Shown one piece after another: positions 1 through 8,881 of a stretch of DNA of 64,000 bases; within the stretch, counting starts at the first letter, position 1, and every line of letters starts with the position of its first letter. Position numbers and translations under genes: made by a program. The notes beneath the pieces were generated by a model. The model was not told the origin of the DNA and did not search any database. It saw nothing but the letters and a program-made list of their open reading frames with translations. Origin of the DNA: Chloroflexota bacterium (GTDB lineage: Bacteria > Chloroflexota > UBA11872 > VXOZ01); the NCBI GenBank assembly GCA_963663275.1, contig OY760183.1, positions 1,920,001 through 1,984,000 on the forward strand. Reading direction: 5' to 3'.

Positions 1-137
1 GCGGCAACGACGTGCTTGATGCCCTGCGCCGCCACTGCGCACAATTCCTCTTCGGTCTCAGGGAAGGCGGAAGCGGCGATCTTGCCTTCCTCGAACCACT
101 TGAATACGGCGGGCAGAGACTGCTCCTGCGCAGACAT
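1..137 (-). CDS. 5' part of a probable dual-specificity/tyrosine phosphatase-family protein (runs off window edge)
   Basis: ATG at 137 with AAGGA RBS; reads MSAQEQSLPAVFKWFEEGKIAASAFPETEEELCAVAAQGIKHVVA, resembling DSP N-termini; catalytic CX5R lies outside the window. Confidence 0.5.
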   Translation of the reverse strand, partial: MSAQEQSLPAVFKWFEEGKIAASAFPETEEELCAVAAQGIKHVVA

Positions 138-197
138 GGGCTTCTTCCTTTCGTAACGGAGTACTGTCTATGGCACTTTGGGCGTAGGAGTGTGAGC

Positions 198-815
198 CTA
201 CTGGAAGTACAGCCTGAGTATCGCAATGATCAAACTCAGCGTCGCCAAGACGACGACTCCGGCAAGACTTCCCGTCATAATCCAGAGTTGCTTGAAGATG
301 CTTGCCTTGAACTCGGCGATTTCCAGCTTCAATGCGGCCAGGTGAGCCGTCATCTTCTTGTCCAGGTCGTTCATCTGACGAGTCTGTCTGGCGTCCAAGT
401 CCCTCACCTGACCCGTCAGCCTGGCGTCCAAGTCCCTCACCTGACCCGTCAGCCTGGCGTCCAAGTCGTTCATTTGGCCCGTGAATTCGCTCCTCAGTTC
501 GGCCATCTGACCGGTGAGTCTACCATCCAGTTCGGCCATTTGGCCGGTGAGTTTGTTGTCCAAGTCGGCCATCTGACCGGTGAGTCTGTTGTCCAGGTCG
601 GCCATTTGACCGGTGAGTCTGTTGTCCAGGTCGGCCATTTGACCGTTGAGTTCACTCTTGTGTGCGCTGAGTTCGCGCCTGAGGTCATCCTTGGTAACCA
701 GGTTGATGGTGATTTCATCCAGCACGGCGACCAAGGCCTCGGCTTGGGGCTCAGTGATTTCCGCGGACGTCAGCGTCTTTACCGCCTTGTGGGTGTCAAA
801 CGTCGTTGCAGCCAT
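198..815 (-). CDS. DUF1640/CCDC90-like membrane-anchored coiled-coil protein with 11-aa repeats
   Basis: FDTHKAVKTL...QAEA head, VTKDDL neck, LTGQMADLDNR repeats, C-terminal TM helix; start chosen at 815 (GGGGAG RBS). Confidence 0.8.
   Translation of the reverse strand: MAATTFDTHKAVKTLTSAEITEPQAEALVAVLDEITINLVTKDDLRRELSAHKSELNGQMADLDNRLTGQMADLDNRLTGQMADLDNKLTGQMAELDGRLTGQMAELRSEFTGQMNDLDARLTGQVRDLDARLTGQVRDLDARQTRQMNDLDKKMTAHLAALKLEIAEFKASIFKQLWIMTGSLAGVVVLATLSLIIAILRLYFQ
360..650. repeat. 33-bp coding tandem repeat (about 9 units)
   Basis: Units such as ccggtgagtctgttgtccaggtcggccatttga; some adjacent copies are identical. Confidence 0.9.
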
Positions 816-1037
816 TGCGTATGCTCCCCCGTGCCCAAGTCTCGTCATGCCGTGCTGGCCGCTGCTGAACCGGCGGCGCGTCGAGCGCCGTCATGCGTCT
901 CGTCAACAATACCAAGAAAACAGGCGGCAAGCAAAGAGCGAACGGCGCGATCGCCGGCTTCTCAAGCCCCCGTGCGCAACTCCCATGCCACGTGCCGCTG
1001 TCCGTCCTGGCGTAGGCAGTGCGCTTTCTGGCGCCGG

Positions 1038-4000
1038 TCAGAAGGCAAGTGCCACGCCAATGGCGGCGCTGACGCCGTTGAGGTCAACGATCTCCCGTTG
1101 GGCCTCGTCCGGCGCGTCGGTCGGCTCCACCCGCAGGGATAGCGTCTCCTGGGCGACCGCGGCGCTGTGCGCGCGCAGCATCTCCGCGAGGGCGGCGCGC
1201 CCTTCCTCGCCGTCGGCAGCCGCGACGTAAGTCACGATGCGGTCGGAGAGGTCGAAGTCAGCCGCGCGGCGCAGGTTTTGAACGTGGTGTATCAGTTCAC
1301 GCGCCATGCCCTCCAGTTCGAGCGACGGGCTGACTTCCGTATGGAGCGCCACCAGATAACCTTCCTCAGTCGCCACGCTATAGTCGGCGCGCTCTCGCGC
1401 CTGCACGTCCACTTCTTCAGGCAGCAACGCGATTGATTGTCCGTCAACTTCAACCGAGATTGGCTCTCCCCGGGCAACCTGGCGGGCGCCAACCTGGGCG
1501 TCGGCCTGCCGGAGCGCCGCCGCGATGGCTTTGACCTGCCGGCCGTACTTGGGGCCGAGCAAGTTGAAGCGGGGCTTGAGTTCGTACGTCACCAACTCCT
1601 CTTCCGGCCCCACGAAACGCAGCGACTTGACGTTGAGTTCGCTGAGAATGTGCTCCTGCAGGCGCTCCAGGCCCGCCTGCTCGGCGGCGGTCTTGACGTG
1701 GGCCAGCATCTCCGGCAGCGGTTGGCGCACTTTAATCTTGCTGGAACTGCGCGCGGCGCGGCCCAAGCTCACGACCCGCTGCGCCAGTTCCATGTCGGCG
1801 AGCAAGTCTTCATCGATGAGCGCCGCCTTGTAGCGCGGCCATTCCGTGTGATGGACGCTCTCTGGCGCGCCGCCATCTACCGCGCGCACCAGGTTCTGGT
1901 AGACCTCTTCGCTGAGGAAGGGCATGATGGGCGCGAGCAGGCGCGTGAGCGTGGTAAGCGCCTCGTAGAGCGTGACGTAGGCGGAAAGGGTGTCCCGGTC
2001 CTGGCCGGACTTCCAGTAGCGGCGGCGGCCCCGGCGCACGTACCACGTGGACAACTGCTCGATGAAGTCGTTGACCCGCCGCGAGACGGTATAGGCGTCG
2101 AACTGGTCCAAGTCGTCGGTCACGTCCCGCACCAGCTTGTGGAGCAGCGCGATGATCCAGCGGTCGAGCAGCGACCGCACCTCCAGCGGCACGGAAACCT
2201 TCGTTGGGTCGAAATCCTCTAACCGGGCGTAGGTGACGAAGAAGTTGTAGACGTTCCAGAAGACCAGCAACCGGCGCTTGACGTCGTTGGCAACGCCGTA
2301 GCCGAAGTTCAGGTTTTGCTGGGTATTGCTCTCGCAGTAGAGCCAGCGCATCACGTCCGCGCCCATTTGCTCCACGGCGTCGTCGAACCAGATGGCGTTG
2401 CCGTGGCTCTTGTGCATTGGTCTGCCCCGCTCATCGTTGACCTTCTCGTAGATGAGCACGCTGCGGTAGGGGCGCACGTCCTCCAGGGTGACGCTCATGA
2501 AGGCCAAGGCATAGAACCAGAGACGAATCTGTTCGCGCATCTCGCTCACCCAGTCGGCCGGGTACCACTTGCCCCACTCGGCGCTGCCTTCCAGGTAGCC
2601 AAGCGTGGAGAACGGCACGATGCCGGCGTCCAGCCAGCAATCGCCGACCTCAGGGATGCGCGCAGTCTCGCTGTCGCACTGCTCGCAGCGGATCGTCACC
2701 TCATCGATCCACGGGCGGTGAAGTTCCGGCAGCGCGCGCACCTTGGCGGCGTCCACGGCCCGCTCTTCGAGTTCCTTTACCGTGCCGACGATGGTGACGT
2801 GATCGCAGTCCTCGCAGTGGTAGAACGGCAGCGGCAAGCCCCAGAAGCGCTTGCGCGAGATGCACCAGTCGCCCATGTTGTGCAGCCAGTCGTCCATCCG
2901 CTTGCGGCCGTACTCGGGCGCCCAGGCGACCGTTTGGTTCTCCGCCAGCATCCGCTCGCGAATCTCCTCGGCGGAGATGAACCACTCGTCCACCAGGCGG
3001 AAGGCCACCTCTTCGCCGCAGCGCCAGCAGACGGGGTAGCGGTGGGTGTAGTCCTCGATGCGGTAGACGATGCCCGCTTCCTCGAGTGCGGCGAAGATCA
3101 TCTCGTTCGTTTCAGTGATGTTTCGTCCCGTAAGCGCATTGAAACCATCGACGTAGTTGCCGTCGCCGTCGATGGGCACGATGACGTGAAGCCCGTGTTC
3201 CTGCGAGAGTTCGTAGTCTTCCGCGCCGCACCCCGGCGCGATGTGCACGATGCCGGTGCCCTCTTCCTCGCCCACGTTCTCCCAGGCGACCACTTTCGTC
3301 GGGAAGCCTTGCTGCGCCGGCAGTTCGTGCCAGGGCCCCACGTACGCCAAATCGACAAGCTCAGCGCCTGGAAACTCGCGCACGGCCTCGAGCGTGCCGC
3401 GCCCAACGCTCTCCAAAGTGCCTTTCGAGAGGTAGTAGGTGTCGCCGTTCGCTTTGGCGGCTACGTAGGTCAGATCGGGATGCACCGCCAGCGCGGTGTT
3501 GGCGGCGAGCGTCCACGGCGTTGTGGTCCAGACCAGGAAGTACTCATTGTCACGGCCCTCGACCGGCAGCCGCAGCGTGATGCCGGGATGGGTGACTTCG
3601 CGGTAGGTGTCGGTGCCGACCAACTCGTGCTGCGAGAGGCTGGTGCCGCAGCGAATGCACCAGGGCATCGAGCGCCAGCCCTTGTACAACCAGCCCTTCT
3701 CATGGCAGCGTTGCAGGAAGTGCCAAATGTGCTCGATATTGGTATCGTCCATGGTGTAGTACGAGTTGTCCCAATCCATCCACTGGCCGAGCCGGATGGA
3801 CTGGTTCGTCTGCACCGTGGAAAAGTGCTCGACGCGCTGGCGGCAGGCGCGGGAGAAGTTGTCCAGGCCGAATTCCTCGATTTCGTGCTTGGAGTCGAAA
3901 CCGAGTTCGCGCTCCACCTCGACTTCCAGCCAGAGGCCCTGGCAGTCGAAGCCGTTTTGGTAACGTTGCGCAAAGCCTTGCATGGCCTTGAAGCGCTGGT

Positions 4001-4208
4001 AAACGTCTTTGTAGGTGCGCCCCCAGGCGTGATGGACGCCCATGGGATTATTGGCGGTGATGGGGCCGTCGATGAAAGACCAGCGCGGGTTGCCGCGGTT
4101 CTTCTCTACGAGTTTGTTGAAGGCATCGGTATCCTCCCAGAATTGCAGGATCCGATGCTCCATACTGGGAAAGTCGAGGTTACTGCTGACTTCCTTGAAC
4201 CCGGCCAC
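1038..4208 (-). CDS. ileS: isoleucine--tRNA ligase, type 2
   Basis: DGPITAN, GFDCQGL, WTTTPWTL, DWCISR motifs; long IleRS2-type C-terminus; GTG start at 4208 after GAGGAGG. Confidence 0.96.
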   Translation of the reverse strand: MAGFKEVSSNLDFPSMEHRILQFWEDTDAFNKLVEKNRGNPRWSFIDGPITANNPMGVHHAWGRTYKDVYQRFKAMQGFAQRYQNGFDCQGLWLEVEVERELGFDSKHEIEEFGLDNFSRACRQRVEHFSTVQTNQSIRLGQWMDWDNSYYTMDDTNIEHIWHFLQRCHEKGWLYKGWRSMPWCIRCGTSLSQHELVGTDTYREVTHPGITLRLPVEGRDNEYFLVWTTTPWTLAANTALAVHPDLTYVAAKANGDTYYLSKGTLESVGRGTLEAVREFPGAELVDLAYVGPWHELPAQQGFPTKVVAWENVGEEEGTGIVHIAPGCGAEDYELSQEHGLHVIVPIDGDGNYVDGFNALTGRNITETNEMIFAALEEAGIVYRIEDYTHRYPVCWRCGEEVAFRLVDEWFISAEEIRERMLAENQTVAWAPEYGRKRMDDWLHNMGDWCISRKRFWGLPLPFYHCEDCDHVTIVGTVKELEERAVDAAKVRALPELHRPWIDEVTIRCEQCDSETARIPEVGDCWLDAGIVPFSTLGYLEGSAEWGKWYPADWVSEMREQIRLWFYALAFMSVTLEDVRPYRSVLIYEKVNDERGRPMHKSHGNAIWFDDAVEQMGADVMRWLYCESNTQQNLNFGYGVANDVKRRLLVFWNVYNFFVTYARLEDFDPTKVSVPLEVRSLLDRWIIALLHKLVRDVTDDLDQFDAYTVSRRVNDFIEQLSTWYVRRGRRRYWKSGQDRDTLSAYVTLYEALTTLTRLLAPIMPFLSEEVYQNLVRAVDGGAPESVHHTEWPRYKAALIDEDLLADMELAQRVVSLGRAARSSSKIKVRQPLPEMLAHVKTAAEQAGLERLQEHILSELNVKSLRFVGPEEELVTYELKPRFNLLGPKYGRQVKAIAAALRQADAQVGARQVARGEPISVEVDGQSIALLPEEVDVQARERADYSVATEEGYLVALHTEVSPSLELEGMARELIHHVQNLRRAADFDLSDRIVTYVAAADGEEGRAALAEMLRAHSAAVAQETLSLRVEPTDAPDEAQREIVDLNGVSAAIGVALAF

Positions 4209-4442
4209 CAGGCGCCTCCTCAGATGCCGTAAATCTACGGGGACGTGACTATGAATATCGTTAGTGTTGTTTGAGGCACGCCACGCATGGGCAAACGCGA
4301 AACAAACGGGATTCGCTTCGCTCCAGACCGAGCGACTCGCGATAGCGCCGAAGCGGAAAGGTCGCTCGCCGGTGATTGCGCCGCGCCGATGCACGGCAAT
4401 CGGACTGAGCGGCCAAGCGCGCGTGCTGCTCCTACGCGTGGC

Positions 4443-4472
4443 ATTCTGTCACGGATTCGCGCCGCGCGTCAA
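4443..4472 (-). promoter_or_regulatory. candidate sigma70 promoter for ileS
   Basis: TTGACG-N18-CAGAAT with a TG extension on the minus strand. Confidence 0.4.
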
Positions 4473-4557
4473 GGCGGAGCGGGTGTTGCCACCGGGCCTT
4501 GCCCACGGCGCTGGTACGACATGTAAGGACTGAGGCGCATCGAGGACAAGACGAAAC

Positions 4558-4725
4558 GTAGCGCGGGGGCTTGTCCCCCGCATGGGTGGGGGTGGGCGCG
4601 AAAGTGCCATGATGTAGGGCCGGTTTGCAAGAGTGCGATTATGTAGGGCCGGTTCGCGAAAGTGCGAAGATGTTGGGGCGATTCGCGAGAGTGCGGTGAT
4701 GTAGGGGCGGTTCGCGAACCGCCAT
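4558..4725. repeat. REP-like palindrome gtagcgcgggggcttgtcccccgc followed by a 29-bp tandem array
   Basis: atgtagggccggttcgcgaaagtgcg-like units at 4612, 4641, 4670, 4699. Confidence 0.85.
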
Positions 4726-4859
4726 AACGCGTAATGGCGAACCGCCTCGCGTATGTAGAATGGGATACTATTCCGGGGTGTTTGCTCGGAGCAAGGGCAT
4801 GAAATGTCCACGCAACCTGATACGAAACGAATTCTCAACGCCAAAAGGAGCGTTCTGCA

Positions 4860-5624
4860 ATGACCGTGCCAGCGTTTGACTTGACAGACAAGGTTGCCTT
4901 GGTCACCGGCGCCAGCCGGGGCATCGGACGGGGTATCGCGAAAGCGTTCGCGGAGGCCGGAGCGGACGTGGCCGGCGTCTCGCGTTCCGCGTCTACCGAG
5001 ACCCAGTCTCAGGTGGAAGCCGCGGGACGGCGGTATCTGTCGCTGCAAGCCGACCTGGCGACGGCGACGGTTGCCGGCTTGAACGCCCTCGTGGATCAAA
5101 CGGCGGCGCACTTCGGCAGGATCGACGTCTTGGTGAACAACGCCGGCATCACCTGCCGCAAGACCGCGTTAGAACTCACTGAAGAGGATTGGAACACCGT
5201 CTTGCAGGTGAATCTCAATGCCGTCTTCTTCCTCTGCCAGGCGGCGGGCCGCTACTTCGTGCCCCAGGGACGGGGAAAGATCGTCAACGTCGCGTCGCTC
5301 ATGTCGTTTCAGGGCGGCGTGCAGATCTCGCCGTACGTGGCGAGCAAGCACGGCGTGGCCGGCATCACCCGCGCCTTGGCGACAGACTGGGCCCCGCACG
5401 GCGTCAACGTCAACGCCATCGCGCCGGGCTACATCGACACCGACATGACCGAGGCGCTGCAAGAGAATCCCGTCCGCGCTCCCGAAATCCGGCTCCGCAC
5501 GCCGGCGGGCCGTTGGGGCACGGCGCAGGACATCGGCAAGCTGGCGGTCTACCTGGCCTCGGCGGAGTCCGACTTCATGCACGGTTCGATTGTGCCCATA
5601 GACGGTGGCTGGCTGGCGCGGTAG
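4860..5624 (+). CDS. kduD: SDR oxidoreductase, 2-deoxy-D-gluconate 3-dehydrogenase-like
   Basis: TGASRGIG, NNAG, YVASK, SFQGG, NAIAPGY, DGGWLAR. Confidence 0.75.
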   Translation: MTVPAFDLTDKVALVTGASRGIGRGIAKAFAEAGADVAGVSRSASTETQSQVEAAGRRYLSLQADLATATVAGLNALVDQTAAHFGRIDVLVNNAGITCRKTALELTEEDWNTVLQVNLNAVFFLCQAAGRYFVPQGRGKIVNVASLMSFQGGVQISPYVASKHGVAGITRALATDWAPHGVNVNAIAPGYIDTDMTEALQENPVRAPEIRLRTPAGRWGTAQDIGKLAVYLASAESDFMHGSIVPIDGGWLAR

Positions 5625-5764
5625 CGGGGGTGTTCGCCTTAGGGGCAATGCGGCTCGCGCGGGCAGGGCGTACGCTTCTTCACGCATCCGCCGCCGCTTG
5701 CTACAATGGAGAGCGGACAACGGAACGGTTACGCAAACCACAGCATCGAGAAGGGGCAAATACG

Positions 5765-7072
5765 GTGAGCGGCGGCACGGACCTGCGCTACCACCTGATT
5801 ACGTACGGGTGCCAGATGAACAAGGCCGACTCCGAGCGGCTGGGCGGTTCATTGGAGGCGCTGGGCTACGCCTGGGCGGACGAGCCGACGCAGGCCGACT
5901 TGGTCGTGGTGAACACCTGCGCCGTGCGCCAGAACGCCGAAGACCGCGCCCTGGGGCAGCTTGGCTGGCTCTCCGGTATGAAGAAGAAAAACCCCAAGCT
6001 ATCCATAGCCATGATGGGCTGCATGGTGGGTGACGACAGCCTGGAGCGGTTGCAGGCGCGCTTGCCCCAGGTGGACGTGTTCACCAAGCCGGTCGAGTAC
6101 GAACCAATTCTGGAATTCGCCCAGCAGAAGGCCGGCAACCGGGGCATGTTGGACGAAGGCTGCTTGGAAGGGTCGCCGCTGGCGCTGGGCGGGCCCTGCC
6201 GCTGGGTGCCGGTGATCTACGGCTGCAACATGCGCTGCGCGTTCTGCATCGTGCCCATCCGGCGCGGGCCGGAGCGCAGCCGTCCCATTCCCGAGGTGGT
6301 GCGCGAGTTGCGCTGGCTGGTGCGCCACGGCACGCGCGAAGTGACCCTGCTGGGGCAGACCGTAGACGACTACGGGCGCGACCTGGCAGGCCGCCCGGAC
6401 CTGGCGGACCTGCTCACGGCGTGCAGCGGCGTGCCGGGGCTGGAGCGCATCCGCTTCCTCACCTCGCATCCGCTCTTCATGTCCGACCGCATCATCGAGG
6501 CGGTGGGCAGCCTGCCGAACGTCTGCGAACACTTCAACATTGCCGTGCAGAGCGGCGACGACGCGGTGCTGCGGCGCATGAAGCGAGGCTATCCCGCCCG
6601 CCGATACGTGGACCTGGTGGCGCGCATCCGCGATTTCATTCCTCACGCCTCGATCGCGACCGACGTTATCGTCGGCTTCCCCGGCGAAACCCCGGAGCAA
6701 TTTGAGAATACGCTCGGCATGTTGGCGCGGCTTGAACTGGACGTGGTGCACACTGCCATGTACTCGCCGCGGCCCGGCACCAAGGCCGGCGAAGAGATGG
6801 CCGACGACGTGCCCCGCGACGAGAAGCACCAACGGCTGCTGGCGGTGGAAGCCTTGCAGGAGCGCATCGTGGCGGCCAAGAACGCCCGGCTGCGCGGCCG
6901 CACGCTGGACGTGCTGGTGGAAGGACGCAAGCACGGCAAATGGTGGGGCCGCGTCCGCACCGACCGGGTGACGTTCTTCACGGATCCCCGCGAGAACCTG
7001 GTGGGCGAAATCCTGCCCGTGCGCATCGACGAGACGACGGCGTATTCTCTGCGCGGCACGGCGGTGGCGTGA
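5765..7072 (+). CDS. miaB: tRNA-2-methylthio-N6-dimethylallyladenosine synthase
   Basis: TYGCQMN, NTCAVRQNAE, CNMRCAFC radical-SAM motif, TRAM domain; GTG start at 5765. Confidence 0.95.
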   Translation: MSGGTDLRYHLITYGCQMNKADSERLGGSLEALGYAWADEPTQADLVVVNTCAVRQNAEDRALGQLGWLSGMKKKNPKLSIAMMGCMVGDDSLERLQARLPQVDVFTKPVEYEPILEFAQQKAGNRGMLDEGCLEGSPLALGGPCRWVPVIYGCNMRCAFCIVPIRRGPERSRPIPEVVRELRWLVRHGTREVTLLGQTVDDYGRDLAGRPDLADLLTACSGVPGLERIRFLTSHPLFMSDRIIEAVGSLPNVCEHFNIAVQSGDDAVLRRMKRGYPARRYVDLVARIRDFIPHASIATDVIVGFPGETPEQFENTLGMLARLELDVVHTAMYSPRPGTKAGEEMADDVPRDEKHQRLLAVEALQERIVAAKNARLRGRTLDVLVEGRKHGKWWGRVRTDRVTFFTDPRENLVGEILPVRIDETTAYSLRGTAVA

Positions 7073-7135
7073 CCGGGTGCTCTGGTCCGCGTGCGTGCGG
7101 CGGAGGTTCGTGGGTGCTTGATGCGACGCTGAACT

Positions 7136-7176
7136 GCTTCCGTTCATACTTCGACAGGCTCAGCACGAACGGAAGC
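7136..7176. repeat. REP-like hairpin, cttcgacaggctcag family
   Basis: Same unit recurs at 11217, 11286, 26571, 33746, 46748, 46804. Confidence 0.85.
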
Positions 7177-7390
7177 AGTTCAGCTACTTTGCATGCGCCA
7201 ATTGCATATTGAACGAGGAGCAATTGCATACCGAGCGGGTAGCTATTGGGTGCTTCAGTGGTACTAACCGAGCGGCAACTGAATAGCGATCGAACGGCTG
7301 CAGAGTGTCTGGACTGCGTTTAGCAATAGTGTGGCAAGCGATTGAAACGCTCTCAAACGATACAACTACAATTGAGATCGAGGTAGAGCC

Positions 7391-8389
7391 ATGGACTTGC
7401 GGGTAGCCGGTATCGGCGCGGGGCGGCGCGCGCAGGCGCACTATCGCGCGTTGCAGCAGGTTGAGAACGCGGAAGTGGCGGCGATTTGCGACGTGGATGA
7501 AGCGCGCGCGGAGGAGGCCGCCGCGCCGTTCGGCGCGCAGACCTACACCGACTACCGCGACATGCTCGACGCCGAACAGCCCGACGCGGTCTACGTCATC
7601 ACGCCTCCCAATCTGCACGCCGAGCAGGTGGAATACGCCGCCACCCAGAAGGCCGCCATCTTCGTGGAGAAGCCGGTCGCGCTTAGCGTGTTGGACGCCC
7701 GCCGCATTCGCATGGCGGTGGAGCAGGGCGGCGTGCTCTGTTGCGTCGGCTACCAGCACCGCTACGGCAGCCTGGCGCGCCGCGCCCAGGAACTCCTTGC
7801 GGGGCGCGAACTTGGTCTGGCGCGCATCTGGTGGTATCAGGGCGTGCCGAAAGTTCCGTGGAATCTCGACTCCGCCCAGGGCGGCGGCCAAATCGTGGAG
7901 CAGGCCACGCACCTGCTCGACCTGTGCCGGCTCTTTGGCGGCGAGGTGGACGAGGTCTACGCTCAGTTCGGGCAGAGCGCGTGGAAAGAAGATGAGTCCT
8001 TTCAGAATTGGGACGTCTACTCCGGCGTCTTTGCCTTCAAGACCGGCGCGGTGGGCAGCGCGGCCACCACCTACGCGCTCTTCTTCGGCCTGCCGCAGAG
8101 TTCGGGGCTGGACCTGGTGAGCGAGGAGATGCTGCTGCGCTTCTGTGGGGGAGAACTGCAACAAATCACCCCACGCGGGACAGTGGCGCATGAGGCCGAA
8201 CCTCCTTCCGCCGAGGCGCGCATGGCGCGGGCATTCCTGGACGCCGTAGACAAGGACGACCCCGCGTTGATCCAGTCGCCGCTGGATGACGCCCTGAAAA
8301 CCCTGGCGCTTACGCTCGCCTTCAACCGCTCCGCGGCCGAGGGCCGGGCGGTCAGCCCGGCCGAGATCGAAGAGGAGATTTTCGCGTAG
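7391..8389 (+). CDS. Gfo/Idh/MocA family oxidoreductase
   Basis: GIGAG, TPPNLH, EKP, GYQHRY, GGGQIVEQATH. Confidence 0.92.
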   Translation: MDLRVAGIGAGRRAQAHYRALQQVENAEVAAICDVDEARAEEAAAPFGAQTYTDYRDMLDAEQPDAVYVITPPNLHAEQVEYAATQKAAIFVEKPVALSVLDARRIRMAVEQGGVLCCVGYQHRYGSLARRAQELLAGRELGLARIWWYQGVPKVPWNLDSAQGGGQIVEQATHLLDLCRLFGGEVDEVYAQFGQSAWKEDESFQNWDVYSGVFAFKTGAVGSAATTYALFFGLPQSSGLDLVSEEMLLRFCGGELQQITPRGTVAHEAEPPSAEARMARAFLDAVDKDDPALIQSPLDDALKTLALTLAFNRSAAEGRAVSPAEIEEEIFA

Positions 8390-8524
8390 TCTTACCCCCT
8401 CTCCCCGGGGAGAGGGCCGGGGTGAGGGGAGCTTCCCGCGAGTGCTGCCCTTTCTGCCTGTCGTATCTATACGTACATGCGCCGATTGGTAGAGAGTGGC
8501 CCGGAGTGGAGTCCCCCCTCACCC

Positions 8525-8701
8525 CAACGCTGTCGCATTAACGTAGCGCGGGGGCTTGTCCCCCGCCGGAACAAGAAAAATGAGAGCGGAATCGATTGAC
8601 CCTACGGAGGACGCAGGTTATGCGCACGTCTCGTGCGAACCTGCGCTACCGGAGAAACGAGCGTAGTTTTCATTCTCATTGCGTTTAATGCGACAACATT
8701 A
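8525..8701. mobile_element. MITE with 17-bp imperfect TIRs and 11-bp target duplication
   Basis: Left caacgctgtcgcattaa, right ttaatgcgacaacatta; flanked by ccccctcaccc at 8514-8524 and 8702-8712. Confidence 0.7.
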
Positions 8702-8881
8702 CCCCCTCACCCTAACCCTCTCCCCGCAGGGAGAGGGAACAGAGCGCCTTTCAGCGAGGTTTTGCAAAGGTACCTGGCGGGAAAGAGGAGAGACTCTCGC
8801 CTCGGCAAGGGTCATTGATGAACCTCCTTTGCATGAACAGGTCTCCCCTGGATGGGTAGTTCTCCACTGGAAGATGCTCAA

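Noticed and set aside
12-1142. 376-aa plus-strand ORF with VQVGHLTGES repeats
   Set aside because: Antisense reading of the 33-bp repeats of the DUF1640-like gene
5189-5764. N-terminal extensions in the ORF track for miaB, ileS, PBP (48016), creatininase (43327) and 56303
   Set aside because: They overlap other genes or repeats; better RBS-supported starts lie downstream
7195-7360. Repeated caattgcata and LacI-like sites upstream of the Gfo gene
   Set aside because: Short imperfect matches, and no cognate regulator nearby
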